The notes under the pieces are model-generated. The model searched no databases. It was not told the origin of the DNA and was given only the letters and a program-made list of their open reading frames with translations. A stretch of 64,000 bases of DNA from Nitrosopumilus sp. GTDB taxonomy: Archaea; Thermoproteota; Nitrososphaeria; Nitrososphaerales; Nitrosopumilaceae. Below are positions 19,833-30,589 of the stretch, one piece after another (position 1 is the stretch's first letter; each line of letters begins with the position of its first letter). Location of the stretch: the NCBI GenBank assembly GCA_965205675.1, contig OZ242186.1, positions 1,120,001 to 1,184,000 on the forward strand, in the 5' to 3' direction. The translations under genes and the position numbers were made by a program.

Positions 19833-20231
19833 ATGAAAATTGATCATATTGCTATTGCTGTAAATGATGTGGAAGAATCCGCCAAAGTATACCAACAAGC
19901 TTTAGATGTCGATAATATTGAATTTGAAACCATAGAATCTGAAGGAGTCAAAGTTGCAATTATTCATCTGGAAAATGGTAGAGTGGAGCTAATGCAGCCA
20001 ACCAATGAGAATAGCCCAATTAAAAAATTCCTTGATAAAAAAGGCCAGGGATTACATCACATGGCATTAGATACTGATAACATCGACGGTGAAGTAAAAC
20101 GAATGGAAGGTTGTGGGATACAGTTCTTAGGCAAGATAAGACAGGGCTCTGCTGGAACTAGAGTTACTTTCGTTCATCCGAAATCTTTGCATGGGGTGTT
20201 AGCAGAATTATGTTCACATCCTAAAGAATAA
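19833..20231 (+). CDS. mce: Methylmalonyl-CoA epimerase
   Basis: KIDHIAIAV, QGLHHMAL, FVHPKSLHGVLAEL (VOC fold). Confidence 0.9.
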   Translation: MKIDHIAIAVNDVEESAKVYQQALDVDNIEFETIESEGVKVAIIHLENGRVELMQPTNENSPIKKFLDKKGQGLHHMALDTDNIDGEVKRMEGCGIQFLGKIRQGSAGTRVTFVHPKSLHGVLAELCSHPKE

Positions 20232-20305
20232 TCACCTCATCATATAACACAACGACATGTAATTAATGAAAATAAGGCACAAATTGAAAATTCATGATCG
20301 AGGAT

Positions 20306-20497
20306 CTAATTTATTTCATAACCTATAGTTCTCATGCCGATACAGGGTTTGTTTCCTTTACTCCAGCATTTACAAGAACAAGAAACAGCTTTTCCACTTT
20401 TCAAATCTTTAACAACTTTGTGAAAAATCCCCTCCCTAACTTTTGATTCAATCATTATTGTTTCATATTTGTTTGATTCTGGACTTGATTTTACCAA
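20306..20497 (-). CDS. Small SWIM-like zinc-finger protein
   Basis: SCSCKCW...PC. Confidence 0.5.
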   Translation of the reverse strand: MVKSSPESNKYETIMIESKVREGIFHKVVKDLKSGKAVSCSCKCWSKGNKPCIGMRTIGYEIN

Positions 20498-20536
20498 TAC
20501 AGTTTGATACTTTTTCTAGTAAATTAGCATTATTAT

Positions 20537-21103
20537 CTATTCCATCATTTTCAGAGTATCCGAAGCTGTAATGATTCCTACAATCTTTGATTTTTTAGAC
20601 ACTAGGATGCATTTAGAATATCTAATTAATGGAACTAAAACATTGGCAGGAGTATCAAAGTCCACTATTGGCGGAACTGAATCCATAGTATCTGCAAGTT
20701 TCGCCTTTTTGAGCTCTGCTTCTCCTAATTCTGACAAGTGTTTTACAATTCCATCTTCTGAGACCACTCCTACTACATCCGAATTATTAAACACAGGAAT
20801 TTGACTAATTGATAACTCGTGCATTTTTTTGATTGCATCGTGAAGTGTGTTTGTTGGTTTTAATTTCACAATATCCCTACTACAGAAATCTCCCGCTGTA
20901 TGAGATGATGATTCTCCCTCTAATTTTGTAAGACTCTCAAAAATCTTTTTTGCTGTATCATAACTTGGTTGACTTCTTCCTGATTCTATTTGGTTAATCA
21001 TTGACGTGCTTACTCCAGTCATCATTGCCAATTTTTTTTGAGTAATTCCTATTTTTTGCCTAATTTGTTTTATTGATTCAATTCTTGGGAGCAATTCATT
21101 CAC
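20537..21103 (-). CDS. XRE-HTH + CBS-pair transcriptional regulator
   Basis: ITQKKLA...INQIESGRSQPS followed by two CBS motifs. Confidence 0.9.
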   Translation of the reverse strand: MNELLPRIESIKQIRQKIGITQKKLAMMTGVSTSMINQIESGRSQPSYDTAKKIFESLTKLEGESSSHTAGDFCSRDIVKLKPTNTLHDAIKKMHELSISQIPVFNNSDVVGVVSEDGIVKHLSELGEAELKKAKLADTMDSVPPIVDFDTPANVLVPLIRYSKCILVSKKSKIVGIITASDTLKMME

Positions 21104-21145
21104 AATTATAGTTATAGGCTTTAAAATCTATGGCTTTGAATATTT

Positions 21146-21322
21146 TCAAATATCTTTGATCAATGATTTTATGTCAGATATTGATTTTGAGTTTAACTCA
21201 ATTTCTTTATGTTCTGCAATAACATGCTCGGTCACTTTTTCCATTAATTCCTCGTTACTTTGTGCAGTAGCTGACCATTTACAATCTTTACCTGCATCTG
21301 AGCAGCTTATACTTTTAGTCAT
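21146..21322 (-). CDS. DUF1059-like small metal-binding protein (58 aa)
   Basis: MTKSISCSDAGKDCKWSATAQSNEELMEKVTEHVIAEH...IKDI*; C..C..H..H pattern; not in the ORF track. Confidence 0.85.
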   Translation of the reverse strand: MTKSISCSDAGKDCKWSATAQSNEELMEKVTEHVIAEHKEIELNSKSISDIKSLIKDI

Positions 21323-21347
21323 AGTTATTGTAATTTTTTAGAATTAT

Positions 21348-24017
21348 TTATTTTTTCTTTGTTTTTGATTTCTTTGGTTGCTCAATTGCTGCTTGTGCTG
21401 CTGCAACGATAGCAATAGGAATTCTATGCGGAGATGCACTGACATAACTTAGACCCACATCGTGGCAAAATTTAATTGAATTAGGATCTCCTCCATGTTC
21501 TCCACAAATTCCAACTTCCATGTTTGGTCGGAGTCCTCGCCCTGCAGCAACTCCTATTTTGATTAAACTGCCTACACCGTTTACATCAATTGATTGGAAT
21601 GGATTTCTTTCGAGTAGCTCTTTTTCCATATATTCTGGGAGGAATTTTCCTTCCACGTCTTCTCTGCTGAAACTAAATGTTCCCTGTGTCAGATCATTAG
21701 TACCGAAACTAAAGAATTCTGCAGTAGTTGCAAGTTCGTTTGCAGTTAATGCGGCTCTTACCACTTCTATCATGGTTCCAAAGTTGATTTTTAATTTCAT
21801 TTTATGTTTTGTTTCTGCCTCTTTCTTGATGGTATCGTAAATTTTCTTGATATGGTTTAATTCTGCAATACTACTGATTTGCGGAATCATGATTTGTGGA
21901 TGTGTTTTAACTTTTTTCTTTGTCAATCCAACTAATGCATCAAAGACTGCACGAATTTGCATTTCATAGATTTCAGGATATGTGATTCCTACACGAACTC
22001 CCCTATGTCCCATCATCGGATTGACTTCTGCTAATTCTCTTGCTCTTTTTAAAACTATTTTTGCTTGATTAATTTCATTCGTATTCCCACTTGATTCTAA
22101 TTTCTGAATTTTTTCAACTAACTCTTCGGGATTGGGTAAGAATTCATGTAATGGCGGATCTAATAATCTGATCGTGACTTTATAACCTTCCATTGCTTTT
22201 AGAATTTCAATAAAGTCACTTTTTTGTAAGTGGCCTAGTTTTGTCAATATTTTATTTCGTTCTTTTATATTTTCAGCCATGATCATTTCTACAAACAAAT
22301 TGATTCTATCACTACCATTGAACATTCTTTCTGTTCTGCATAATCCGATTCCTTGACCTCCAAATCTTCTTGCAAGCTTTGCCCCTTCAGGAGTGTCTGC
22401 ATTTGCTCTAATTCCTATCTTCTTTGCTTTTTGAGCCCAATCTAGAATTTGTTCAAAGTCTTTTGTTACTTTTGGCTCCACTGTTGGCACTTCTCCGATG
22501 AAGACAGTACCGGCACTTCCATCTATGGTGATTGTGTCCCCTCTTTTGATAGTTATTCCATTGGCAATACACGTGTTATTATCATAATCAATTTTTAATT
22601 CTGGGCATCCTACTATGCACGGTTTTCCCATCCCTCTTGAGACTATTGCTGCATGAGATGATTTTCCTCCTAAACTAGTCAAAATCCCTTCTGATGAAAA
22701 AAATGCTGGAACATCTTCAGGTTTTGTTTCTTTTCTTACCAGGATAACTTTACTTCCTGCATCTCCTAACTCAATTGCTTTTTTAACATCAAATTCTACT
22801 ATCCCACTTGCAGCTCCTGGAGAAGCTGCAATTCCTTTTGCCAATTGTTTGTAATTTTTTATTTTTGATTCATTCATTGTTCTATGTAGCAATGCTTCTA
22901 ACTGTTGAGCAGGAATTCTTGTTAGTGCCTTGTTTTTATCAATTAATCTTTCTTTTACCATGTCAATTGATGTTTTTACTAATGCTGCGGCACTCATCTT
23001 TGCAGTTCTTGTTTGTAGCAAGTAGAATTTTCCTTGTTCGATAGTAAATTCAATATCTTGTGGTTCTCTGAAATGTTTCTCTAATTTTGCACATGCATTA
23101 CTTAGTTCCTTATGTGACTTTGGCATATCTTTTTTTAGTAATTCTATACCTTTTCCTGTTCTAACTCCTGCAACTACATCTTCTCCCTGAGCGTTTATCA
23201 GATATTCTCCTTCAATTTCTTTTTTACCATTATGACCATTTCTTGTAAATACTACTCCTGTTGCACTATCATCTCCCATATTCCCAAATACCATTGTAAC
23301 CACATTGACTGCAGTTCCATTTGCAATATCTTTTGTGATGTTATTTTTTTCACGATAGACTATTGCTCTTTCCCCCATCCAACTTTTGAAAACAGCTTCT
23401 ATTGATAATACTAGTTGTTCATCAGGAGTATCAGGAAATTTTCTTTTGGTATGTTCTTCACAGATTTTTTTGTATTCTGATACAATTGCTTTTAGAGATT
23501 CTACGTTTAGTTTACTATCATCTGAAACTCCTTGTTTAGTTTTTGCAGCATCTAGTACATGATCAAATTTTTCATCATTTACACCAAATACAACTTTTCC
23601 AAATAACTGAATAAATCTTCGATATGAATCCCATGAAAATCGTGGATTTTGTGTCTGTTCTGCAAATCCTTCCACTGTTTTTTCATTTAATCCTAGATTC
23701 AAAATAGTATCCATCATTCCAGGCATTGAGATTGCCGCACCAGAACGAACTGAAACTAGTAATGGGTTTTTTGTAGAATTCCATTTTTTACCTGTCTTTT
23801 TTTCCATTTTTACAATATTTTTCATTACGGCTGGCATGACATCTTTTGGAAGTTTTTTGTTGTTATCATAATACCTGTTACAAACTTCAGTTGTGATCGT
23901 AAATCCTGGAGGAACAGGTAGTTTTAGTCGAGTCATCTCGCTTAATCCCGCCCCTTTTCCTCCTAGAAGCATTCTTTTTTTACTATCTGCCTCTTCAAAT
24001 GCATAAACTGGTTTCAT
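21348..24017 (-). CDS. ppdK: Pyruvate phosphate dikinase
   Basis: LLGGKGAGL, VSVRSGA, SMPGMMDT, GGKSSHAA, GLCRTE, SFGTNDLTQ, GICGEHGGDP. Confidence 0.97.
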   Translation of the reverse strand: MKPVYAFEEADSKKRMLLGGKGAGLSEMTRLKLPVPPGFTITTEVCNRYYDNNKKLPKDVMPAVMKNIVKMEKKTGKKWNSTKNPLLVSVRSGAAISMPGMMDTILNLGLNEKTVEGFAEQTQNPRFSWDSYRRFIQLFGKVVFGVNDEKFDHVLDAAKTKQGVSDDSKLNVESLKAIVSEYKKICEEHTKRKFPDTPDEQLVLSIEAVFKSWMGERAIVYREKNNITKDIANGTAVNVVTMVFGNMGDDSATGVVFTRNGHNGKKEIEGEYLINAQGEDVVAGVRTGKGIELLKKDMPKSHKELSNACAKLEKHFREPQDIEFTIEQGKFYLLQTRTAKMSAAALVKTSIDMVKERLIDKNKALTRIPAQQLEALLHRTMNESKIKNYKQLAKGIAASPGAASGIVEFDVKKAIELGDAGSKVILVRKETKPEDVPAFFSSEGILTSLGGKSSHAAIVSRGMGKPCIVGCPELKIDYDNNTCIANGITIKRGDTITIDGSAGTVFIGEVPTVEPKVTKDFEQILDWAQKAKKIGIRANADTPEGAKLARRFGGQGIGLCRTERMFNGSDRINLFVEMIMAENIKERNKILTKLGHLQKSDFIEILKAMEGYKVTIRLLDPPLHEFLPNPEELVEKIQKLESSGNTNEINQAKIVLKRARELAEVNPMMGHRGVRVGITYPEIYEMQIRAVFDALVGLTKKKVKTHPQIMIPQISSIAELNHIKKIYDTIKKEAETKHKMKLKINFGTMIEVVRAALTANELATTAEFFSFGTNDLTQGTFSFSREDVEGKFLPEYMEKELLERNPFQSIDVNGVGSLIKIGVAAGRGLRPNMEVGICGEHGGDPNSIKFCHDVGLSYVSASPHRIPIAIVAAAQAAIEQPKKSKTKKK

Positions 24018-24049
24018 TTTTACGATTAACCAATCTTAGAAAGGGGGTA

Positions 24050-24706
24050 TTAAACCATTGACTTGGCAAAATCAGCCATTATCTTATCCCAGTTCTTTGC
24101 CTTGATGATTCCACTTGCAACTAGAATCCCTTTAGAGCCTAATTCAATTGCTTTTGAAACATCTCGTCCTGAGACGATACCTGCACCACAAAGTAGTTTT
24201 GTACTATTTTTTGCACACTCTACGACGTTTGCAGCCTTTGAAATTAGTTCTGGCTTTTCTGTAGATACGGCTTTGCCTGATCCAATTAATTCTGGAGGTT
24301 CTATGGCTATATAATCCGGATTCAGTTTTACATACTTTTTTACTTCTGCTATATCCTTTACGCATAGAATCGATATCATTTTTAATTTTTTTAGTTTTAA
24401 AATTAATTTTGAAATTTCTTTACTTGAAATTCTATGTTCACTGTGATTGATTAAAGATCCTTTCACTTTGGATTTTTTTAACAATTCAGGTATGACAAAA
24501 CCAGTTGTATTTCCAATTTTGGAATCATCTACATGTTGAGCAAATATTGGAATTGAACTATTTGACACTAGTCCAATAAGATGCTGTGGTGGGGATATCA
24601 CTATTTTTATTTTATATTTTTTAGAGATTTTTTCTGCAGTTTTTACAAATCTAATTATTTTATCTCCTGCGATTTCTTCATAATTTTTACAATTAATGAC
24701 AAACAT
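24050..24706 (-). CDS. tpiA: Archaeal-type triosephosphate isomerase
   Basis: INCKNY, LINHSEHR, IAIEPPELIGSG, LCGAGI, ILVASG. Confidence 0.93.
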   Translation of the reverse strand: MFVINCKNYEEIAGDKIIRFVKTAEKISKKYKIKIVISPPQHLIGLVSNSSIPIFAQHVDDSKIGNTTGFVIPELLKKSKVKGSLINHSEHRISSKEISKLILKLKKLKMISILCVKDIAEVKKYVKLNPDYIAIEPPELIGSGKAVSTEKPELISKAANVVECAKNSTKLLCGAGIVSGRDVSKAIELGSKGILVASGIIKAKNWDKIMADFAKSMV

Positions 24707-24741
24707 CTTTCTTTGAATTTTTTTGTATTATATTTAATTCT

Positions 24742-25035
24742 TCATAAGGCATTTGCAGTTTTACTTTGCATGTCATATTTCTTTTTCATTGCTAACACTA
24801 TCATCATTAGAACAATTGCTGTAATATTTGTGCCTATGATAAATACGTCTGATACTATGACTCCATAAATTAGCCATAGTATTGCCCCTGCAGAAATAAA
24901 AATCATTAAAAACTTTGAAACATCTTTGAGACTTTTTGTTTTGTAACCTTTGTAAATTTGCTCTACCCATCCTGTGAGAATGAGAATACCTGCTGCCACT
25001 CCCAATATGGTTAAAAGGAGTCCATCAATTTCCAT
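24742..25035 (-). CDS. SemiSWEET/PQ-loop-like 3-TM transporter
   Basis: QIYKGYKTKSLKDVS...LWLIYG...IIGTN. Confidence 0.8.
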   Translation of the reverse strand: MEIDGLLLTILGVAAGILILTGWVEQIYKGYKTKSLKDVSKFLMIFISAGAILWLIYGVIVSDVFIIGTNITAIVLMMIVLAMKKKYDMQSKTANAL

Positions 25036-25038
25036 TCG

Positions 25039-27597
25039 CTAACCCCAAAAGAATTCATCTAATCCTGTTTGTTTTGGTTTTCCTAGCATTGTATCAAAAT
25101 CTAAATCCATTGATGCAGTGATTTGTTCTAGTGTTGATTCCATAAATTCCATATATTTTTTAGAATCAATTTCTTCTTTTTTAGCCAATTCTACAGGTTT
25201 TACTCCAGGTTTGTTTATAATTTTGATAAATGAAATTCTATCTCCCTTTTTTATTTCTCTAATGGATTCTAATTGCTTTGCAGCCCTTATGTGTTGAGGA
25301 ATTGTTTTAACATATTCTGATGGGGCTTTGCTCAACATTACATTAAAAGTCAATTCTTCTAATGGGATTTCTTTTGCTTCTACTTTTTTACCACATGTGG
25401 CAATTTTTTCAGAAATTTCTTGTTTGGCTTTTACGAAATCTTCCATTGTCTGAACTTTAGATAACACATCAATTAGTTCATAAAATAAATTTTTGATAAA
25501 TGCAGGCGTATGTGACTTTTTACCTGTAAGTCCTTTGACATCTACTTTACCTGATTTTGTTACGCCTAGATAGTTTTTCTTTCTATTGCTTAGTACACAA
25601 TATCTGTATGTCTTATCAATTTCTAGATCAACTCCGTGATCTTTTTTTGCTTGCTGTATTACCATCTGAATTTGTTCAGGGTTTGGATTTTTGATAAATA
25701 ACGAATCGGTATCCCCATACAGCACCTCTATCTTTACATCTTCACATTTTTTGATTGTCTCTAAAATGGTATGTCTTCCAATTGCAGTTGTCGCTTCTGC
25801 TACGGGTAGAAAGTATAATGGAAATATCTCTGCACCCATTACCCCGTAACTGGCATTGAGAATTACTTTAAGTGCTTGACTGACAACGGTGTATTGTTGT
25901 CTTTGATCTTCTGTTAGCGTTTCTTTCTTTGATAAACTCTTGTAGTAATTTACTCTCAAATCTCGTAATGATCCGATGATCATTGATGTTAAACCATTTT
26001 TCTTTGTACATGCCCAATGATGGGTTCCCGATATTGTGTTTTGCTTGCATTCTTCATGAACACATCTAACTGTTTCATATGATAAATTCTTGACTTTAAT
26101 TATGCTAGGATACAGACTTGCAAAATCCATCACAACAACATCAAAATGAATTCCTTCTTTTGGCTCAACTACAAGTCCTCCTCGATATTTTTTATCTTTA
26201 ATTACTGCATCAGACATTACCCCTTCTGATCTTCTCTGTAACTCTTCTCGTTTTGGAATTAAACAATTCCTTCGTCGATGTTCATAATACAATAAACTTC
26301 TAATCCATTGGGACACTCCCATTCTTGCAATATCATCAATGGGCATTCTGCCAATCCTTGCAATGATTACAAGTAAATCCATCATCAAATCTTTGTTAAA
26401 GCTTGTGAGTTCGTATGTTAGTAAAGCATCATTATAACAATAATTTGCTGTTTGATATAATGACAATTCGTCAAATTCTAAGCCATAATCTATCTTTTCT
26501 TTTCCAAGTAGTGCTTTTGAAACACTGTTCAAAGAAAAATCAGTGTATTTTTGACTGAATGCATAAATTTGAAATGATCTATTTGAAAGAACTTTGTACA
26601 AGTCAAGATGCACTCCTTCTTTGAGAGTTGCAGAATCCCTCATCATGTATAGCGGATTATCAGATTTTTTTATTCCTAATCTTTCAGCTCTGTTGTAAAG
26701 ATACGGTAAATCAAATTCATCCCCATTGTATGTTAGAACAAATGGAAATGTTTTGATTATTTCAAATGCATCATAAATCATGTCTTTTTCTTTGTCTAAT
26801 TCATAAAATATCACTTTGATGTTTTGGTCTAATTCGTTTGTTCCTTGCTCTGTATCTTTTGTTTTGAGCACAAATATTTGATCAAATCCATCAGATCCTT
26901 TCAGCCCTATGGCCGTTATTTTTTTTTCAGCAAGTTTTGGATCGGGAATTCTGCCAACCTCGGATTCTATTTCTATATCTACACCAAGTCTTTTTATTTT
27001 TGGAATTGGTTGATTTAGTAAATCGGCCCATTCTGAAATATATTTTTTAAATCCTTCAGGATCAACCATACTTTTACTATCTACTTTATCCCACAACAGA
27101 CTTTTCAATGCAAGTTTGACTTGGTCTGAAATTTCAAGATCATGTTGTTTTATTTTCCCATCTGTGATTTCATAGTATTTTCCAACAATTAATTTTCTAT
27201 CATACAAGTAATTTTCATAATATTTGATATCGGATTCCCATGTTTCAATTACATTTCTAATACTCTTCTCTCCCATAGTTCCTCCGATTGCAAGTGGATC
27301 CGTAACTGTAATTTTTGAGAGGTCTATTTCTTTGTCTTGGATTAGATCATATCTTTGAACAGTTTTAATTTCTAAAACATCTTCTCGTTCTTGCAAGAAA
27401 TCCAATTCATCTGGCGCTAATCTTGAATAGCAATAGGGCTTGTGATTTATTTCGTCTTTCCATAAAAATAATTTTTTAGTTTCTGGCTCATAAAATTTCA
27501 ACACTGCGGATTTTGAATTATTATCATATGTTGCAGATACCAACATTGAGGGAGGCATTGATTCAATTTTTTTAGATTCTGGTATGTTTACTTGCAT
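25039..27597 (-). CDS. polB: Family B DNA polymerase
   Basis: DIE and YNGDEFD exonuclease motifs; DFASLYPSII, KVILNASYG, YGDTDS; no intein. Confidence 0.97.
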   Translation of the reverse strand: MQVNIPESKKIESMPPSMLVSATYDNNSKSAVLKFYEPETKKLFLWKDEINHKPYCYSRLAPDELDFLQEREDVLEIKTVQRYDLIQDKEIDLSKITVTDPLAIGGTMGEKSIRNVIETWESDIKYYENYLYDRKLIVGKYYEITDGKIKQHDLEISDQVKLALKSLLWDKVDSKSMVDPEGFKKYISEWADLLNQPIPKIKRLGVDIEIESEVGRIPDPKLAEKKITAIGLKGSDGFDQIFVLKTKDTEQGTNELDQNIKVIFYELDKEKDMIYDAFEIIKTFPFVLTYNGDEFDLPYLYNRAERLGIKKSDNPLYMMRDSATLKEGVHLDLYKVLSNRSFQIYAFSQKYTDFSLNSVSKALLGKEKIDYGLEFDELSLYQTANYCYNDALLTYELTSFNKDLMMDLLVIIARIGRMPIDDIARMGVSQWIRSLLYYEHRRRNCLIPKREELQRRSEGVMSDAVIKDKKYRGGLVVEPKEGIHFDVVVMDFASLYPSIIKVKNLSYETVRCVHEECKQNTISGTHHWACTKKNGLTSMIIGSLRDLRVNYYKSLSKKETLTEDQRQQYTVVSQALKVILNASYGVMGAEIFPLYFLPVAEATTAIGRHTILETIKKCEDVKIEVLYGDTDSLFIKNPNPEQIQMVIQQAKKDHGVDLEIDKTYRYCVLSNRKKNYLGVTKSGKVDVKGLTGKKSHTPAFIKNLFYELIDVLSKVQTMEDFVKAKQEISEKIATCGKKVEAKEIPLEELTFNVMLSKAPSEYVKTIPQHIRAAKQLESIREIKKGDRISFIKIINKPGVKPVELAKKEEIDSKKYMEFMESTLEQITASMDLDFDTMLGKPKQTGLDEFFWG

Positions 27598-27601
27598 TCT
27601 C

Positions 27602-28174
27602 TCACTCAGGATTCTCGTATTTACTAGCTAGTGTTTTTGCCCATTTTGTAATCTTATTTTTATCCAAATTTACAACTTTCACGCCTGCTTCTTTTAACAA
27701 ATCGTAATCTGTTTCAGGATAAGAGTCCAGACAGACAAATTTTTGGATTCCAATTGTAATTGCCATCTTTGTACATTCTAGGCATGGGACAAATGTAGTG
27801 TATAGTATGGCCCCTTTTATTCCGGCCTCTATTCCCAATATTGCACAATGCATAATTGCATTGGCTTCTGCATGATTGCAGAGACATCTATCAAGGGATG
27901 CACCTGACTCAATTTTTCCATCCATTCTAAGCTCACATCTTTTACACCCTCCTTCAAAACAATTTTTGATTCCTGGCGGGGTCCCATTATATCCTGTTGC
28001 TAACTGCCTATGATTTCTTACAATTACAGCTCCCACCTGCCTTGTCATACAATTTGAGCGAAGTTTTGCAAGTTCTGCTTGAAGCATGAAATATTCATCC
28101 CAATCGGGCCTGTCAAAAGAATCGTTCACATCAATCTTGTCTGTCTGATCAATATATGGATCACGTTGATTCAA
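27602..28174 (-). CDS. dCMP deaminase family protein
   Basis: TGYNGTP, HAEANA, PCLEC. Confidence 0.9.
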   Translation of the reverse strand: MNQRDPYIDQTDKIDVNDSFDRPDWDEYFMLQAELAKLRSNCMTRQVGAVIVRNHRQLATGYNGTPPGIKNCFEGGCKRCELRMDGKIESGASLDRCLCNHAEANAIMHCAILGIEAGIKGAILYTTFVPCLECTKMAITIGIQKFVCLDSYPETDYDLLKEAGVKVVNLDKNKITKWAKTLASKYENPE

Positions 28175-28294
28175 ATTTTATATGCGATCAAGTCTGTTTT
28201 TTGTCAAATATTTTCTAAAGAAAGATATGACTGTTACATAGTATTTTGTCATACAAAAGCATAAAATCAATTAATTCCGATCTAAATATCAATA

Positions 28295-29803
28295 ATGACG
28301 GAATTTATTGAAAAAAAATATGTTAAAAAGGAATCAATTGAAAAACGAGATTACCAAATCAACTTGGCAAATCAAGCAATTGATGAAAATTGTATTGTAG
28401 TTTTACCCACGGGTCTCGGAAAGACTACTGTTGCGTTACATGTAATCTCCGAATATCTTTCTAAGGGTACTGGTGGAATATTATTTTTAGCTCCTACCAG
28501 AGTTTTAATAAATCAACATTATGAATTTTTAAAAAACAACCTACTACTAGATGATATTTCAATAATTACCGGAGAGGACCTTATTCAAAAACGAACCAAA
28601 CTATGGAATAACAGCATTGTTTGTGCCACCCCTGAAATTGCACGAAACGATCTAAATAGAGGGATTGTATCTTCTGCACAATTTACTTTGGTAATTTTTG
28701 ATGAGGTTCATAGAACTGTTGGAGATTATGCATACTCTGGAATTGCTGCGCGTTTTGAGGATTCTTCTGCTCGAATTTTAGGAATGACAGCTACTCTGCC
28801 TAGTGAAAAAGAAAAAGCAACTGAAATCTTGACAAAACTTCGTATTTCTAGTGTCGCAGAACGAACCGAAGACAGTCCCGATGTAAGACCATACACTCAA
28901 AAAACAAATACAGAATGGATTAATGTAGAACTCCCTATCGAATTGAAATCTATACAAAAATTATTGAAATTGGCCCTAGATGAAAGATATGACATTCTTA
29001 GAAAAAATGGCATACGTTTAGCTGAACAACAATCTCTTTCCGCATTGTTAAGAATTAGGCAGTTTGTGTTGAATCAAAATAGGCGCTCTGCAAAACCACT
29101 ATTTACTGCAATTAGAATTCATTATGCTTTAAATATTCTTGAAGCTCATGGCGTAACTCCTTTTCTAAAATTCTGCGATCGTGCAAAAGCAAAGAAAGGT
29201 GTCGGAATAAAAGAATTATTTGAAGTTGATCCTAATTTTACAAGAGCAATTCATCTTGCAAATGAAGCACAATCTCGCGGAATTGAACATTCCAAAATAC
29301 CTAAACTAAAAGAAATTATTGAATCGGTTCCGGGCAAGGCTTTGATTTTTACCAGTTACCGCGACTCTGTTGATTTAATACATACAAAATTAACTGAATT
29401 GGGAATTTCTGCAGGAATTTTAATTGGTAAAGCCGGCGATACAGGTTTAAAACAAAAAAAACAGATTGAGACCGTACAGAATTTTAGAGATGGAGTTTTT
29501 CGCGTATTGGTTGCCACTCGTGTTGGAGAAGAAGGATTGGATATTGCTGAGGTAAACCAAGTTATTTTTTATGACAATGTTCCTAGTTCTATTAGATTCA
29601 TTCAGAGGCGAGGAAGGACAGGTAGAAAAGACACGGGTAAATTAGTGGTTCTGATTGCAAAGAATACTATTGACGAAGCATACTATTGGATAGGTAAACG
29701 AAAAATGACTGCTGCAAAATTTATGGGAAGTAAAATGACCCAAGTTCTAGAACAAAATCAAGAAAATGAATTAAAAAAATCTAGTCTAGATGCATTTATT
29801 TAA
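28295..29803 (+). CDS. Hef/FANCM-like SF2 helicase (helicase domain only)
   Basis: RDYQ, PTGLGKT, DEVH, TAT, GEEGLDI, QRRGRTGR. Confidence 0.9.
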   Translation: MTEFIEKKYVKKESIEKRDYQINLANQAIDENCIVVLPTGLGKTTVALHVISEYLSKGTGGILFLAPTRVLINQHYEFLKNNLLLDDISIITGEDLIQKRTKLWNNSIVCATPEIARNDLNRGIVSSAQFTLVIFDEVHRTVGDYAYSGIAARFEDSSARILGMTATLPSEKEKATEILTKLRISSVAERTEDSPDVRPYTQKTNTEWINVELPIELKSIQKLLKLALDERYDILRKNGIRLAEQQSLSALLRIRQFVLNQNRRSAKPLFTAIRIHYALNILEAHGVTPFLKFCDRAKAKKGVGIKELFEVDPNFTRAIHLANEAQSRGIEHSKIPKLKEIIESVPGKALIFTSYRDSVDLIHTKLTELGISAGILIGKAGDTGLKQKKQIETVQNFRDGVFRVLVATRVGEEGLDIAEVNQVIFYDNVPSSIRFIQRRGRTGRKDTGKLVVLIAKNTIDEAYYWIGKRKMTAAKFMGSKMTQVLEQNQENELKKSSLDAFI

Positions 29804-30111
29804 TTTTTATATCGTTTAGAAAACTCACTAAAAATCTTTTGTTTTCTCTGAATTATTTTATTTTTCATACTTGATTCTAAATAATGTATGCTGCTGTTTT
29901 TTGCAACTAGTAAATTCTCCAATCTTATATCATATTGAGTTTGAAGAAAATATTCCACGTCTGAAAATCCTCCTTCTATCTCCAAGCTCTCAAATGTATC
30001 TTTTGCTAAATTATTGATTGATTTTTCAAGATATTCTAAAATTTCTTTCAGACTTTTTTCATCTAGTATCACAATTTTGCTTATATTGTATCTAAAAAAA
30101 ATGTTGTGCAT
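29800..30111 (-). CDS. Hypothetical protein
   Basis: 103-aa ORF; true start may be downstream. Confidence 0.6.
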   Translation of the reverse strand: MHNIFFRYNISKIVILDEKSLKEILEYLEKSINNLAKDTFESLEIEGGFSDVEYFLQTQYDIRLENLLVAKNSSIHYLESSMKNKIIQRKQKIFSEFSKRYKN

Positions 30112-30310
30112 TTTATTTTCGTTTTTGCAGGTGTCAGATATCTTCTAATCGATTTTTCATTATTGTTTTGGAGGGATTTTTGATAAATCAAAGAAAATAA
30201 AAGATTGATTAAAAAAGAGAAAATTTTTTTATAAATAAATCAGAGGATATTTTAAAAAAATTAGTTAGAAAATTAATAATAATTTTGATAAAGTTAAAGA
30301 ATCTAAACTA

Positions 30311-30589
30311 CTATCCCAATCTCTTGATGATATGATATCCAAATTCGGATTTGATCGGTTCAGAAATTTCTCCCATCTGAAGCTTAAATGCAGCTTCTTC
30401 AAAGGGCTTTACCATCATTCCTTTTGTAAAATAGCCTAAATTTCCTTCTTTTTTTCCACTGCCGAGGTCTGTCGAGAATTCTTTGGCCAGTTTTCCAAAT
30501 TTCTCACCCTTTTTTATCTTCTCTAAAATGGTTAATGCTTCACTTTGTTTTGTTACTAGTATGTGAGAACATTTTATTTTATTTGACAT
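30311..30589 (-). CDS. Parvulin-type peptidyl-prolyl isomerase
   Basis: SHILV, FGKLAKEFS, GNLGYF, MVKPFEEAAF, FGYHIIK. Confidence 0.93.
   Translation of the reverse strand: MSNKIKCSHILVTKQSEALTILEKIKKGEKFGKLAKEFSTDLGSGKKEGNLGYFTKGMMVKPFEEAAFKLQMGEISEPIKSEFGYHIIKRLG

Noticed and set aside
25039-27597. Intein in polB
   Set aside because: Normal length with contiguous motifs
28295-29803. Hef helicase lacking a nuclease domain as a pseudogene
   Set aside because: All helicase motifs are intact with a clean stop; helicase-only forms are plausible
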